From Tepidisphaera sp. (GTDB lineage Bacteria; Planctomycetota; Phycisphaerae; Phycisphaerales; UBA1924), in contig CP051526.1 in the NCBI GenBank assembly GCA_050916045.1, positions 2,368,001 to 2,432,000 of the forward strand: DNA of 64,000 nt. The letters run 5' to 3'. The notes under the pieces were generated by a model. It searched no databases, was not told where the DNA came from, and saw only the letters and a list, made by a program, of their open reading frames with translations. The translations under genes and the position numbers were made by a program. This document shows, piece by piece, positions 21,622-35,142 of this stretch. How positions within the stretch are numbered: the stretch's first letter is position 1; each line of letters starts with the position of its first letter.

Positions 21622-23712
21622 TCAGTTCCGCTTCACCAGCGTCACGTCCGTCGTCGCTTCCTTGCCGTTGCGGATGTACGTGATCTTGACCACATCCCCC
21701 GGCTTGGCGGCCCGGAGCTGGGCCGTGAAGGTCTGGATGTCCTTCAGCACGACATCGTTCCACTTGATCAGTCGGTCGTCCGTCTTCAGGCCGGCCTTCT
21801 CCGCCGGCTTGCCGGGGCTCACGCCGCCGACGAGCACGCCGTCCTTGTCGTCCGCGTAGTCGCCGGGGACCAACCCGAACGTCGCAGAACCCAAGCCGAC
21901 CGACGGACCGGTCGATTCATCCCCAGCGGGCTCCTCCGGCTTGGGTGCCGGCGCGGGCTTCTCCGCCGGCTTCTCGGCCGTCTTCTCGGCCGTCTTCTCG
22001 GCGGGCTTATCGGCCGCCGGCTGATCTTCGGGCTTCTTCTCCGTGCCAAACACAAGCGGCTCGGTCCGGCTCGCCGCGTCCATCGCGATCCGCGTGCCCA
22101 GGTCCACGATCTTCGCCGCGCCCTCGATGTTGATCTTGTCCGCCGTGTCGATCGGGCGGTGGTAGTCCTCGTGCAACCCCGTGAAGAAGAACACCGCCGG
22201 GATCTTCACCTGACGGAAGCTCGCATGGTCGCTCCGGTCGTCGAACTGGCTCCGCTTGACCAGCGGACGGATCGGGAAGCCCGCCGCTTTCCAATACGGA
22301 TCCAGCCAATCCGCAAGCCCGGCCGCGACGCCAAGCCCGGAGACTTCAAGGGGCGGGTCCTCGCGCAAGCGACCCACCATGTCCATGTTGATCATGAAGT
22401 AGTGCTTCTCGCGCGGGGCGATCATGTTCTGCGTGTAGTACCGCGAGCCCTCGAGCCCCGACTCTTCCGCCGAGAACGCAAGGAAAAGCACCGACCGGCA
22501 GCTCGCGTTCTCCGGCAGCTTCGCATACTCCGCCGCCATCTTGCCCGCCATCGTCAGGATCGCGCTCGTGCCCGAAGCGTTGTCGTCCGCTCCGGGGTGG
22601 ATAATCCCCGTCGAACCGCTCATCGACCCGAAATTGCCGTACCCGACGTGGTCGTAGTGAGCGCCGATCACGACCCACTCATCCGCCAGCGCGCCCTTCC
22701 CGCGAAGCACACCGCCCACGTTCGCCGTCTTCTGCTCCTGCTTGACGATCTCCGCTTCGATCGCAAGCGTCGCCTTCGGCAGATCGATCATCTCGCCCGA
22801 AGCGTCCGCGTGGTTGCGAAGATCGCGAAGCGATCGCCCGTTCGCGTCCGCCGCCGAGACGAACGCTTCCGCCGCTTGGTTGCCAAGCATCATGACCGGT
22901 CCGGCCGCCGGGTTCCGCGGCATGCGGCCGTTCGCGCCCACCTCGGTGAAGTTCATCAGCCGGTTGACACGCTCATCATCGGCTCCCGGAGGGTTCACGA
23001 CGACCACCGCCGCCGCGCCGCGCGTGAAGCACTCATTGATTTTGGCATTGAGGTCGGCCTTGGGTGACCAGCTCCCCTCCGCCCACCGGCTTTCACCCTT
23101 CTCGTTCATGGGCTCAAACCGGAGCACGATCGCGGCTTTCCCCTTCAGGTCCGCGCCGCCGGTAAACCCGGCGTATCCGTCCTTCCCCTCCGCGATGCCG
23201 TACCCGACGAAGACCGCTCCACCCTCGAACTTGCCCGTACCCGACAAGGCCAGCGCCCGCATGTCCGTCCCGGCGACGAGCTTCTTCGCTCCGCCGGGCA
23301 GGTTCAGCGTCAACTCCTCCTTCGCGGCCGTGATCTTCCCGCCGCGCAGGTCACGCGGCACGAAGTACTGCAGGTACGACGAGAAAGCCTTCTCCCCCTC
23401 GGGGAACGCCGGCGACAACCCCGCCTTCTTGAAATGGAACTCGATGTAGTCCGCCGCGTCCGCGTTGCCGCGATCGCCCGGACACCGCCCCTCAAACCAC
23501 GGGTTGGCGAGCGTAAAGATGTGCTGCCGGTACACCGCCGCATCCGCCGCGTTCGTGTCCGCTCCCGCCGGGGTCGTCCGATCCGTCACCTCCGCCCAAA
23601 CCCCCGCAGCAGCCAACGCCGGCGACCACCCCGAAAGCGTGCCCGCCAGCGCGGCTCCCGCGAACACAACCAGGGACGCCAAGCGGGAACCACGACGAGA
23701 AGGGGTCGGCAT
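21622..23712 (-). CDS. M28-family aminopeptidase with PA and PDZ domains
   Basis: [36 protein letters not shown]...D; C-terminal [10 protein letters not shown]. Confidence 0.9.
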   Translation of the reverse strand: MPTPSRRGSRLASLVVFAGAALAGTLSGWSPALAAAGVWAEVTDRTTPAGADTNAADAAVYRQHIFTLANPWFEGRCPGDRGNADAADYIEFHFKKAGLSPAFPEGEKAFSSYLQYFVPRDLRGGKITAAKEELTLNLPGGAKKLVAGTDMRALALSGTGKFEGGAVFVGYGIAEGKDGYAGFTGGADLKGKAAIVLRFEPMNEKGESRWAEGSWSPKADLNAKINECFTRGAAAVVVVNPPGADDERVNRLMNFTEVGANGRMPRNPAAGPVMMLGNQAAEAFVSAADANGRSLRDLRNHADASGEMIDLPKATLAIEAEIVKQEQKTANVGGVLRGKGALADEWVVIGAHYDHVGYGNFGSMSGSTGIIHPGADDNASGTSAILTMAGKMAAEYAKLPENASCRSVLFLAFSAEESGLEGSRYYTQNMIAPREKHYFMINMDMVGRLREDPPLEVSGLGVAAGLADWLDPYWKAAGFPIRPLVKRSQFDDRSDHASFRQVKIPAVFFFTGLHEDYHRPIDTADKINIEGAAKIVDLGTRIAMDAASRTEPLVFGTEKKPEDQPAADKPAEKTAEKTAEKPAEKPAPAPKPEEPAGDESTGPSVGLGSATFGLVPGDYADDKDGVLVGGVSPGKPAEKAGLKTDDRLIKWNDVVLKDIQTFTAQLRAAKPGDVVKITYIRNGKEATTDVTLVKRN

Positions 23713-23907
23713 GAGGAAATCGCTCCAGTGTGGAAAGCACCTCCCGGCCGCGGGTTTCAAACCCCGCCGGAAGCGTCCGAAAGTGTACCGCCGCCAGCCC
23801 GGAATCGCTGCAACCCCCGGACATTTGAGCACCCCTCACCTAGACTTCCCCGCAGATCGGTCCGTCCCCCAACCTTCAGCCCTCGCGGGCTTTCACACAG
23901 GGTTCCC

Positions 23908-26865
<2,958 letters not shown>

Positions 26866-26963
26866 GGACGAACAGGGCGATCTCGCGGGTGTTCCTGCGT
26901 TGATGCGGGCTTCCTGCGTGGTTGATGGGCGATAGCTGATCCTCTCTCGCGAGCAAGGATGTT

Positions 26964-27326
26964 ATGGAATGGGCCATGAAGCAGCTGCTCGAGAGCCTTG
27001 AGAGGCTCGCCCAGGGAGCGGCCGCTCAACGCGAGTACCTGACATCTCTCGGCACGGGCCCGGATGAGCTCGCGCTTGAGTTCGATGATGTCGCGGACGC
27101 CGCGATGATGGATTGCACGGATTCCGCCACGGTCGCAGCGGTGAAAGACCTCGACGCCTTTCTGGGTCGGATCAGCGGTCGCGAGAACGCCGGCTTGTGG
27201 ACCACTGAAGCACTCGGTCGCTCGCCTGAATGGGAGACCGTTCGAGCCAAGGCCTCGCGATGCCTCGAACTTCTCAAACGGCCGCCGCGCTCTGCGGATG
27301 GCCCGAACGGACCGCCCTCCTTCTGA
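26964..27326 (+). CDS. Hypothetical small helical protein
   Basis: DELALEFDD..LWT.EAL..PEWE.VR..A; protein-like composition. Confidence 0.55.
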   Translation: MEWAMKQLLESLERLAQGAAAQREYLTSLGTGPDELALEFDDVADAAMMDCTDSATVAAVKDLDAFLGRISGRENAGLWTTEALGRSPEWETVRAKASRCLELLKRPPRSADGPNGPPSF

Positions 27327-27422
27327 CGCCTTGCCAATCGAAAGGGCGAGGGCGAGTCATCGTGGGGGTGAGGCGGAGGGATTGATACAGCGGAAAGCGC
27401 ACCCCCTCGCCTAACCTTCATT

Positions 27423-27710
27423 GTGCATTCGACGAATCACGCCATCACTACATCTTCCGCCCCGGGCGTGACACCCGCCCGGATCGTCTGGGCGCGGCGC
27501 CTTCTCGTCATCGTTCCCGTCATGCTCATCACGTACGTCGCGATCCCTTTCGTCTGGGGCCGGACGGTCCCGGAGGAAACGGTGATGCCGCGGATCTGCG
27601 GAGTGATGCCCGCATGGACCCTGTTCTTCCGCGCCGGTTGGGAATCCTCGGGCAAGCCCGGCAAGCCGCGATGGCCGTATACGTCCCACGGGCTCACGCC
27701 GCCGAACTGA
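27423..27710 (+). CDS. Possible small membrane protein or fragment
   Basis: One hydrophobic segment; weak GTG start. Confidence 0.25.
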   Translation: MHSTNHAITTSSAPGVTPARIVWARRLLVIVPVMLITYVAIPFVWGRTVPEETVMPRICGVMPAWTLFFRAGWESSGKPGKPRWPYTSHGLTPPN

Positions 27711-27863
27711 ATCCACCCCGACTTTCCGCCCGACGCGGTGCCGCGCCGATAAAACCGCTCGCGGTCCGCTCAGAGTTCACCACAGAGGCGCAGAGACACC
27801 GAGAAGCACAGGCCCCAGCGCGATTTCTGCGCATCCAGACGACCCTTCGCGGCCTTGGCGCTT

Positions 27864-28056
27864 CGAAGAACGGCCCGCGTTGGGCCTTGAACGACGGTCG
27901 TGAAGCCTTGAACGATCGCCGTGAAGCCTTGAACGGTCCCTGTGAAGGGCTGAACGATCGCCATTCGCCCGTGAACGACTCCCGTTCAGCCGTGAACGGC
28001 TCTCGTTCACCCGTGAACGACTCCCATTCTGCCACGAACGATCACCGTTCACGGGC
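27864..28056. repeat. Nine-unit 21-bp degenerate tandem repeat
   Basis: GAACG at 27868, 27889, 27910, 27931, 27952, 27973, 27994, 28015, 28036 (exact 21-bp period). Confidence 0.9.
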
Positions 28057-28151
28057 GGCGACACCGCAAGCCACGACCTTCTGCCGAACACCGCGGGTCC
28101 GGAAACAGCCTCCAAGCCCCTCGCAAAGACGCCGGCGATAGGATCCCGTCG

Positions 28152-28442
28152 ATGAGCGACGCAACCACCCGACCGGTCTGGTGCTTTCTCGGCGCGCCTC
28201 TCGCCGAACGTCGAAGCACGCACCCTTCCGCCATCTTCTCCTCGGTCGAAGCCGCCGAACGCTGGATCGCGGAGCACGCCCTGTCCGGTCTCCTCACGCT
28301 GTACCACCTGGACGTCCCCGCGTTCGAGCGATCTCTCGCACTGGGGACCGTCCCCGTGGCACAGCGAGACGGCTCGCTCCGGCAGGTCTGGGCCGGCGGC
28401 GAAGCCCACCACCACTACGAAGACGGTCGCAGAGTCGGCTGA
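28152..28442 (+). CDS. Conserved hypothetical protein (DUF7710-like, from memory)
   Basis: VW.F.G..PS.IFS..E.AE.WI....LSG.LT.Y..HYEDG. Confidence 0.65.
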   Translation: MSDATTRPVWCFLGAPLAERRSTHPSAIFSSVEAAERWIAEHALSGLLTLYHLDVPAFERSLALGTVPVAQRDGSLRQVWAGGEAHHHYEDGRRVG

Positions 28443-28459
28443 GCATTTGGAGCATCCCC

Positions 28460-28885
28460 GTGACGGACACGCCAACGCCGCTCTCACCAAGCGAACTGAC
28501 CATCAGCCACGCCAGACGAAAGCTGGCGCGTGTCCCTGCGTTTCAGTTCGCTCCCACGGCCTCTGGATCAACATCCACCCTCATCGGCACACTCGACACA
28601 CGCGACGGTCGCGTCGAGATCCACACGGACCGCCTCGCAACCCTTTGGAGTCCTGAGGTCACCATCCTCTACACCGACATCGAATCGATCCACGGTCCAG
28701 ACTCGAAAGACCCCTCGGCGGACGCCACCCTCACCCTCCAAGCGGCACGATCCGACCCGCTCACACTTGCTTTTCCCTGTCGCGACAGACTCAACGACGC
28801 ATTCATCGTGCTCACGTTCCTGCGACGCGCGGCTTGGGCGTGGAAGCGCGGACCTGACGAAGAGGCGGACCCCATCGTCGACTGA
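28460..28885 (+). CDS. Hypothetical protein
   Basis: GTG start after GGAG; open frame to TGA. Confidence 0.45.
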   Translation: MTDTPTPLSPSELTISHARRKLARVPAFQFAPTASGSTSTLIGTLDTRDGRVEIHTDRLATLWSPEVTILYTDIESIHGPDSKDPSADATLTLQAARSDPLTLAFPCRDRLNDAFIVLTFLRRAAWAWKRGPDEEADPIVD

Positions 28886-28910
28886 GCCTTTCCCCAAGCG
28901 CCTTCCCCTG

Positions 28911-28938
28911 GTGCCCAGTGCCTAGTGCCCAGTGCCCA
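28911..28938. repeat. Heptamer tandem repeat (GTGCCYA)x4
   Basis: GTGCCCA GTGCCTA GTGCCCA GTGCCCA overlapping the peptidase stop codon. Confidence 0.8.
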
Positions 28939-31192
28939 ACTCCCTCACAAAAAACTCCGCGATCCGCGAGTACAGCGCCTTCGTCACCACCGGGTCCGGC
29001 ACCATGTGCGTGAACCCCGGGAGCACCAGGAACTCAAAGTGCTTCCCCGCTCGGAACATCGCGTCCGCCATCTTGAGCGAGTGCATGAAGTACACGTTGT
29101 CGTCCGCCGTCCCGTGCACCAACAAGAGAGGAACGGACAAATCCTTCGCGTACGTCAGCACGTTGCTGTTCCGGTACCCCTCGGGGTTCTCTTCCGGCAA
29201 GCCAAGGTACCGCTCGGTGTACGTCGTGTCGTAATCCTCCCACGCCGTCACCGGTGCCCCCGCGCACGCGGCTTTGTACACATCCGGCCGCCGCATCGCG
29301 AACATCGCGCTCGCGTACCCGCCGAACGACCACCCGTACACGCCCACGCGCTCCATGTCGAGCTCGGGGTACTTCGCGCCAAGAGCCTTCAGCGCCGCCA
29401 CCTGATCGTTCAAGCCCACATCGATCAGGTCCCCCTTCGGGTTCCCCGACGCAAGCTTCCACGCCCGCTGCCACTCCCGCCCGCGGTCCGGCGTCCCTCG
29501 GTTGTCGATCGCCACCATGATGAACCCGTGATCCGCGAACCACTGGTTGAGGAGCGACCCGTACGGGTTCTTCGACACCGTCTTGGCCGTCGGCCCGACA
29601 TACACCGACGCGATCACCGGATACTTCTTGTTCTTGTCAAAGTTCCGCGGCCGGATCACGCTCGCGTGGAACGTCTTCCCCTCAGCCTCGACCGTGGTCC
29701 ACTCCGGAGCCGGCATGAACGGCGGCTTCTCCGCGTTCGAAGCGATCGTCCCCACCACCTCGCCATCACGCCACACCGTCCACGCTCGCCCGCCGCTCGC
29801 AAGCGTCTGGCTCATCACCGCCACGCCGAACTTCTCGCCCAAGGTGATCCCGTGGATCCCCGGCGCGCTCGAAAGCGGGGCCGGCGCGATCCGCGCCTTC
29901 AGCGGCACCTTCCACACGTGGCTCTCGGTCGGGTCCTTCGACGCCGACACATACGCGAACCCCTTCTCATCATCGAACGCGATCAAATCCCGGAACCCGA
30001 TCGCTTCCCCCGCAACCGTCGCGATCTTCTTCCCGCTCCTGTCGTGCCAGTTCAATTCCGGCCAGCCCGACGCTTCGCTGATCCAAAGGAACCCCGACCC
30101 ATCCTTCAGCCAGTGCGGCACCGCTTGCCGGATCTCCACCCACGCCGAGTCCGTCTCCTTCAGCACCTCCGTCACCCCGCCGCCCACCTCCCAGGTGTAC
30201 ACCACCATCTCCGTCTGCGCCCGATTGCTCACGACAAGCGTCAGCGGAGCGTTCTCCTCCCACTTCACCGTCACCAGATACGGATACTTCGCCCGATCCC
30301 ACTTCACCTCGACCGGATAGCAGTTGTCCGTCGCGGACACGAAGAGCTGCACCTCCGCGTTCTTCTTCCCCGGCCGCGGATACGGCCACGTCTGCCCCGG
30401 GTTCCCCGGATTCACCGGGTCCGCGATCGTGAAGACCTCAAGCCCCGCCGTGTCCACCCGCGTGTACGCGATCCACTTCGAATCCGGGCTAAACCAGTAC
30501 CCCTCGCGGCGGTCCATCTCCTCCGCAGCGACAAACTCCGCCACGCCATACTCCACCGTCGGAGACTCCGGCGACAGAAGCACCTTCTCCTTGCCCGTCG
30601 CGCTGTCGATCACGCACAGCGATCCGCTCCGCACGCACCCGATCAGCGTCCCGTCCGCCGACATCCGCGGATCGATCGGGAATCCCTTCTCCGTGCCGAC
30701 CTCGCGCACCTTCGCTGTCGCACGCTCCACCAGATAAAGCTTGCCCGAAAGCGGCACCAGGATCGTCGACCCATCCTTCGAAAGCGAGTACGAAGCGATC
30801 CCCCGCGACGACATCCGCATCCGCTCGCGGCGAGCTTTCTCTTCCGGCGACAGATTCTCCTCCGCCCCCTTGAGAATCTGGTCCGCCGTCAAGAGCACCC
30901 GCTCTTTCCCCGTCGCGATGTCGAACTCGTACAGGTCCTGCACCACCGACCGCGGCCCCGACCGCAGGAAAAGCACGTGCTTCTCATCCGGCGTGATCTG
31001 GAACCCACGCGGCGTCCCCGCTCCAAACCGATACGTCGAAGCAAACTGCTCAAGAAACGCCGGATCCGCGATGCTCCGCGCGTTGGCAACGGAGCTCTTC
31101 GGCACGGGCTGTGCGGTCCGCGAGGTCCTCTCGCCGCCGGCGCAGCCGACCAGCCCCGCCGCCACCGCCATCGCCATCGCCGCCAGTTTCAT
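28922..31192 (-). CDS. S9B dipeptidyl peptidase IV family lipoprotein
   Basis: LVGC lipobox; EEMDR, GWSFGG nucleophile, HGTADDNV, terminal His. Confidence 0.92.
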   Translation of the reverse strand: MKLAAMAMAVAAGLVGCAGGERTSRTAQPVPKSSVANARSIADPAFLEQFASTYRFGAGTPRGFQITPDEKHVLFLRSGPRSVVQDLYEFDIATGKERVLLTADQILKGAEENLSPEEKARRERMRMSSRGIASYSLSKDGSTILVPLSGKLYLVERATAKVREVGTEKGFPIDPRMSADGTLIGCVRSGSLCVIDSATGKEKVLLSPESPTVEYGVAEFVAAEEMDRREGYWFSPDSKWIAYTRVDTAGLEVFTIADPVNPGNPGQTWPYPRPGKKNAEVQLFVSATDNCYPVEVKWDRAKYPYLVTVKWEENAPLTLVVSNRAQTEMVVYTWEVGGGVTEVLKETDSAWVEIRQAVPHWLKDGSGFLWISEASGWPELNWHDRSGKKIATVAGEAIGFRDLIAFDDEKGFAYVSASKDPTESHVWKVPLKARIAPAPLSSAPGIHGITLGEKFGVAVMSQTLASGGRAWTVWRDGEVVGTIASNAEKPPFMPAPEWTTVEAEGKTFHASVIRPRNFDKNKKYPVIASVYVGPTAKTVSKNPYGSLLNQWFADHGFIMVAIDNRGTPDRGREWQRAWKLASGNPKGDLIDVGLNDQVAALKALGAKYPELDMERVGVYGWSFGGYASAMFAMRRPDVYKAACAGAPVTAWEDYDTTYTERYLGLPEENPEGYRNSNVLTYAKDLSVPLLLVHGTADDNVYFMHSLKMADAMFRAGKHFEFLVLPGFTHMVPDPVVTKALYSRIAEFFVRELGTGH

Positions 31193-31197
31193 TCCCT

Positions 31198-32079
31198 TCA
31201 CAGCGCCGCTCCTTGAACCACCGCGCCGCCTTCGACGCTCCGCAACTGCTGAACCACCCGCTTGTGCGAAAGCACGCTCAGCGGGATCATCGCGATATAC
31301 GTCCACACCGCCACCGGAATCGTCAGCCACGCGTCACGGAACATCGCGAGCACGAACATCCCGATCAGAACCATCAGAAACGGCACCGCGTGCCGCCGCA
31401 CACGAACCTTCTTGAAGCTGAACATCGGCACACGCGAGATCATCAGCCCCGCGATCAGAAGCGTGTTCACGATCACAAGCGTCGGCTCGATCGTCTCGAA
31501 CACCGCCATCGTGCTATCCGAAACCCGCCCCGTCTGGATCGGGAAATACTTCGCCACATCCAGCATCGCCGGCACCAGCATCGCACCGCCCGCCGCCGGC
31601 GTCGGAAGCCCGATGAAGAACTTCCCAAGCACAGACTTGCTCTTGGGCTGCCTCGGCATCGCCGTGAACCGCGCAAGCCGCAGCGCCGCGCAAAGCACAA
31701 ACGCCATCACCGCCGCCATCCCCAGCGACCGATGGTCCTTCAGCATCCACTGATGGATCAAGATCGCCGGCGCCACCCCGAACGACAGAAAGTCCGAAAG
31801 CGAGTCAAACACCGCGCCGAATCGCGATGTCGCCTGAAGCAGCCGAGCCGCCCGCCCATCCAAGAGGTCAAACACCGCAGCCACCCCGATCGCCAGCATC
31901 GCCGTCTTCCACGTCGACTCGATCAGCGCCGGATCCGCTTTCGCCGAAACGTACTGCGCCGCTTTCAGCGAGTAGTGGATCGACGCCAGCCCCGAGCAGA
32001 GCGACACCGTGGTGAACAGGTTCGGAACGATCTTCCGGAACGCGACATGCTGCTTGGAGTCCGCGTCGAGTGTGAACAT
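31198..32079 (-). CDS. pssA: CDP-diacylglycerol--serine O-phosphatidyltransferase
   Basis: PNLFT, D.LDGR.AR..S.FGA.FDSLSD..SFGVAP, RLARF, F.GLPTP; follows psd. Confidence 0.92.
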   Translation of the reverse strand: MFTLDADSKQHVAFRKIVPNLFTTVSLCSGLASIHYSLKAAQYVSAKADPALIESTWKTAMLAIGVAAVFDLLDGRAARLLQATSRFGAVFDSLSDFLSFGVAPAILIHQWMLKDHRSLGMAAVMAFVLCAALRLARFTAMPRQPKSKSVLGKFFIGLPTPAAGGAMLVPAMLDVAKYFPIQTGRVSDSTMAVFETIEPTLVIVNTLLIAGLMISRVPMFSFKKVRVRRHAVPFLMVLIGMFVLAMFRDAWLTIPVAVWTYIAMIPLSVLSHKRVVQQLRSVEGGAVVQGAAL

Positions 32080-32904
32080 TTACCCCTCCGCAAGCGGCGC
32101 TTCCCCGCCCGCTTCTCCACGCGCCACCTGCGCCATCGAGTCACCCTCGACAACCGTGAGCCCCCGCGGCTCGATCGACCCGCCCGCCACCGGGCTCAGC
32201 CGCGCGAACACCGTCTCCCCCGCCACGCTCTTGTCCCCCACCTTCACCAGCGGCTCCACACCCGGCGGCAGATACGTATCCACCCGCGACCCGAAACGGA
32301 TCAGCCCGAACCGCTCGCCGCGACGAAGCGTCGCCCCCTCCTCGATCCGGCACACGATCCGCCGCGCGATCAGCCCCGCGATCTGCACGAACACAAGCGG
32401 CCGCCCGTCCGCCAGCATCATCGCGTACGAACACCGCTCGTTGAACTCGCTCGCTTTGTCAAACGAAGCGTTGAAGAACTTCCCCGGCCGGTACGCGATC
32501 CGCACGACCTTGCCCGCTTCGGGCGCCCGGTTCACGTGCACGTTGAACACGTTCATGAACACGCTCACCCGCGTCATCCCGCTCGCCACCGACGAATCGA
32601 TCCCAAGCTCTTCCGGCGGCGCGACCTTCACCACCCCGCAGATCACCCCGTCCGCCGGGCTGATCACCGCGTTCGGCGCCGCGGGGATCGCCCGCGCCGG
32701 ATCCCGAAAGAACCAGAACGACCAGCACGCCACCAGGATCAGCGGAACCGCCACGATCGCGCCAAGAACCCCGGCGAAGTAGAACGCCGCCGCCGAAAGC
32801 ACCGCCGCCACCGCGAAAAACCACGCCACAATCGGCATCCCCTCCCGCGCAATGATCGGGGCCGGGTCGTCAGGAAGCGTCGCTCGGTTCGTGTCCGGAT
32901 TCAC
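32080..32904 (-). CDS. psd: Phosphatidylserine decarboxylase proenzyme
   Basis: [42 protein letters not shown] cleavage motif. Confidence 0.94.
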   Translation of the reverse strand: MNPDTNRATLPDDPAPIIAREGMPIVAWFFAVAAVLSAAAFYFAGVLGAIVAVPLILVACWSFWFFRDPARAIPAAPNAVISPADGVICGVVKVAPPEELGIDSSVASGMTRVSVFMNVFNVHVNRAPEAGKVVRIAYRPGKFFNASFDKASEFNERCSYAMMLADGRPLVFVQIAGLIARRIVCRIEEGATLRRGERFGLIRFGSRVDTYLPPGVEPLVKVGDKSVAGETVFARLSPVAGGSIEPRGLTVVEGDSMAQVARGEAGGEAPLAEG

Positions 32905-32925
32905 GCCCAGATCATACCCGAATCG

Positions 32926-32965
32926 AAAAACAAAGGCGGCCCCGCCCGCTCGGACGGCGCCGCCT
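32926..32965 (-). terminator. Intrinsic terminator after LuxR-type gene
   Basis: Minus strand AGGCGGCGCCGTCC-GAGC-GGGCGGGGCCGCCT then TTGTTTTT. Confidence 0.7.
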
Positions 32966-32991
32966 GATTTTCACACATTCCCGCGCTCCGC

Positions 32992-33837
32992 TCACCGCTC
33001 GTCGGGCGTGTTCGCCGACGAAGCACGGTGCGCATCGCGGATCCGAGTCGCCCGCGAGACATACCCCAAAGCCCGCGCGATCAGCTCGCCACGCGAAGAC
33101 GCGTTCAGCTTGCGGTGCAGGCTCTTCACATGGTCGTGCACCGTGTGCGGGCTGCGGCCAAGCTCATCCGCGATCTGCCGCACGCTCTTCCCAAGCACCA
33201 GGTGATTCAAAACCAGCTGCTCGCGATCCGAAATCGTCGAGTTCGCGTCCACCGACTCGCCAAACGCCGTCCGCGCACGCTGCACCATCACCGGGAAGAT
33301 CGCCCGAAGCGATGCCACCGCCGAGCCATCCAGCGCCGGAGCGCCCGCCGCCGGAGCCATCACCACCACGATCGCCCGGTTGTTCGAAGCGTTCAGCGAC
33401 GCCGAACCCACGAACGGCTGGCCGATCCGGCTCCCGCCAAGCGCCTGCACCAGCGGAAGCGAAGCCCACTGCTCCGACTTCGCCACCGTCGAGATCAATC
33501 CCGACGCCGGCGTCGCCGTCGCCGCTTCCCATCCAAGCGACGTCAGCCGCTCCAGGGCGTGGTTCGCTTCGCTGATCAGCACCAGCGGCGGCGTCGGCCG
33601 GTCCGGATCGATCGGGCTGATCAGCCGAATGCTCTGCGACTCGATCCGCCGAACCGCACCGCTCGGCGAAAGTTCGACCGCAAAGACCGAGATAAGCCCG
33701 CGAAAACCGGGCACCGTCGTCCCCACCGCTTCCGCCGCGCGATCACACCAATCCATGGTGGCAATCGCCGGTAATGCGACCAGGTCCGCCGTCCGCGCCG
33801 CGACTCGGCTCAAAAGTTCATCAAGAGGTTGGCTCAT
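32992..33837 (-). CDS. LuxR-type C-terminal HTH regulator
   Basis: SDRE..VL..L..GKSV.QIA..LGRS.HTVHDHVKSLHRKL..SSRGEL. Confidence 0.88.
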   Translation of the reverse strand: MSQPLDELLSRVAARTADLVALPAIATMDWCDRAAEAVGTTVPGFRGLISVFAVELSPSGAVRRIESQSIRLISPIDPDRPTPPLVLISEANHALERLTSLGWEAATATPASGLISTVAKSEQWASLPLVQALGGSRIGQPFVGSASLNASNNRAIVVVMAPAAGAPALDGSAVASLRAIFPVMVQRARTAFGESVDANSTISDREQLVLNHLVLGKSVRQIADELGRSPHTVHDHVKSLHRKLNASSRGELIARALGYVSRATRIRDAHRASSANTPDER

Positions 33838-34380
33838 GTTCGGGTCTCCAAAAGGTCCGACAACCGTCGACGAAAACACACCCGACGGCACCCGGACGAC
33901 ATCCCCTCCAAGGGACTCTGGGCGATCCACGATTTCACATTATCTGGTCCAACAGGAAATTCGTCAAACCCTGTCCATCCGCCATGCTCGGGCCACTCCC
34001 GCGAAAGAGTGGCACCGCGCACGTTCCTCCACCCCCAAATTCGAGACAAACCAAGGAGACGACGCAGACTGTCCATCATAGCAGGGATGCTCCTCGGTGT
34101 TGGACCAAATCTCCGTCATTCCAAATATAGGGGATCTCCACCTGGTGCGTACCTATATCGGCATGCAAATCCTCCATTCAAGGCCAAGGCTCCTCCCGGA
34201 ACTCCCAAAACGCGTCCGCCTGTACCGAGAATCCGAGATATGAGGAAAAATCCGTCTTTGGGTGGACAATCGCGCATTTTTGATGCACATTGTCGGCAGT
34301 AGAGTGTTCGGCTAAGGGCCGGGCTTTGTCATTTCATTCACGTTCGGACGAGTGGTGTTGTCCGGCATGGGTCAAAGTGC

Positions 34381-35022
34381 ATGGGAGCGCTTTCACGCCA
34401 TCCAGATTCACCACTCGTTGTTGCTGACTGGCAACCCGATGTGGCCCAGCTTCTGGATGAAAATCACCTTATCGCGTATTCCGAGAGGCCAGGACGGCGT
34501 CTCGCTTTCGCGGCCTCGATGTCGCAGTTCCTCGGTGGGCTGCGTGACGCGGAGGTCTGCCCCTTCTACGGGCGGTACATCTCCGACCTCGAGTCTTTCT
34601 GCCACCAACTCGAGCGGACCATCGCCGGGCCCACCCTGAAACGTCGTGTGGACGGGATCGACGGCGTCGCCGCGCTCCTCCGGTACCGCACGAGCGTCCT
34701 GGGCCGCCGGGCCGCCCGCTTCCGCTACTACGTCTGGCATGACGCGGACATCCTCCTTCGTGCGGACCGCCAGCTCTTCGGTCGCCTTGTCGACGCCATC
34801 GCCGGCGTCGCCGCCGAAGCCGAGTACGTCAGCGACGACCTCCTCCTGATCCACCGCGCCATCTACGTCGGCGGCAAGGATCTCGTCGACTACTTCGAGG
34901 ATGAGGAAGGCCAGTTCAAGTCATGGTGGAACGACGGTTTCGGTGAGCCCTTCTGGCAGGTCGTCACCGGCATCGACGCTCCATCCTGCGTCACGTGCGA
35001 CATCGATCCGCTTGATCAGTGA
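34381..35022 (+). CDS. Hypothetical protein, possibly barstar-like fold
   Basis: C-ending codon bias supports coding; G..I.DLESF..L / VWHDAD.L pattern. Confidence 0.65.
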   Translation: MGALSRHPDSPLVVADWQPDVAQLLDENHLIAYSERPGRRLAFAASMSQFLGGLRDAEVCPFYGRYISDLESFCHQLERTIAGPTLKRRVDGIDGVAALLRYRTSVLGRRAARFRYYVWHDADILLRADRQLFGRLVDAIAGVAAEAEYVSDDLLLIHRAIYVGGKDLVDYFEDEEGQFKSWWNDGFGEPFWQVVTGIDAPSCVTCDIDPLDQ

Positions 35023-35142
35023 TCCCCGCGTTCACCGCGCAGGGATCTGTCCCACCGATCAAGCGACAAGCGAGAGAGAAGAGAGGGTTGGCCAGGCTTC
35101 AAGTCGGCCGCCCTCCTTCTCGTTTTTGGGGACCCACAAGCC

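Noticed and set aside
23713..23907. Glycine riboswitch upstream of gcvP
   Set aside because: No recognisable aptamer motifs; short divergent promoter region
27409..27470. Integron attC site (GCCTAAC)
   Set aside because: No matching GTTRRRY end or pairing arms, and no integron integrase
27864..28056. CRISPR array
   Set aside because: Period is only 21 bp with a 5-bp constant core; no repeat-spacer structure and no cas genes in the window
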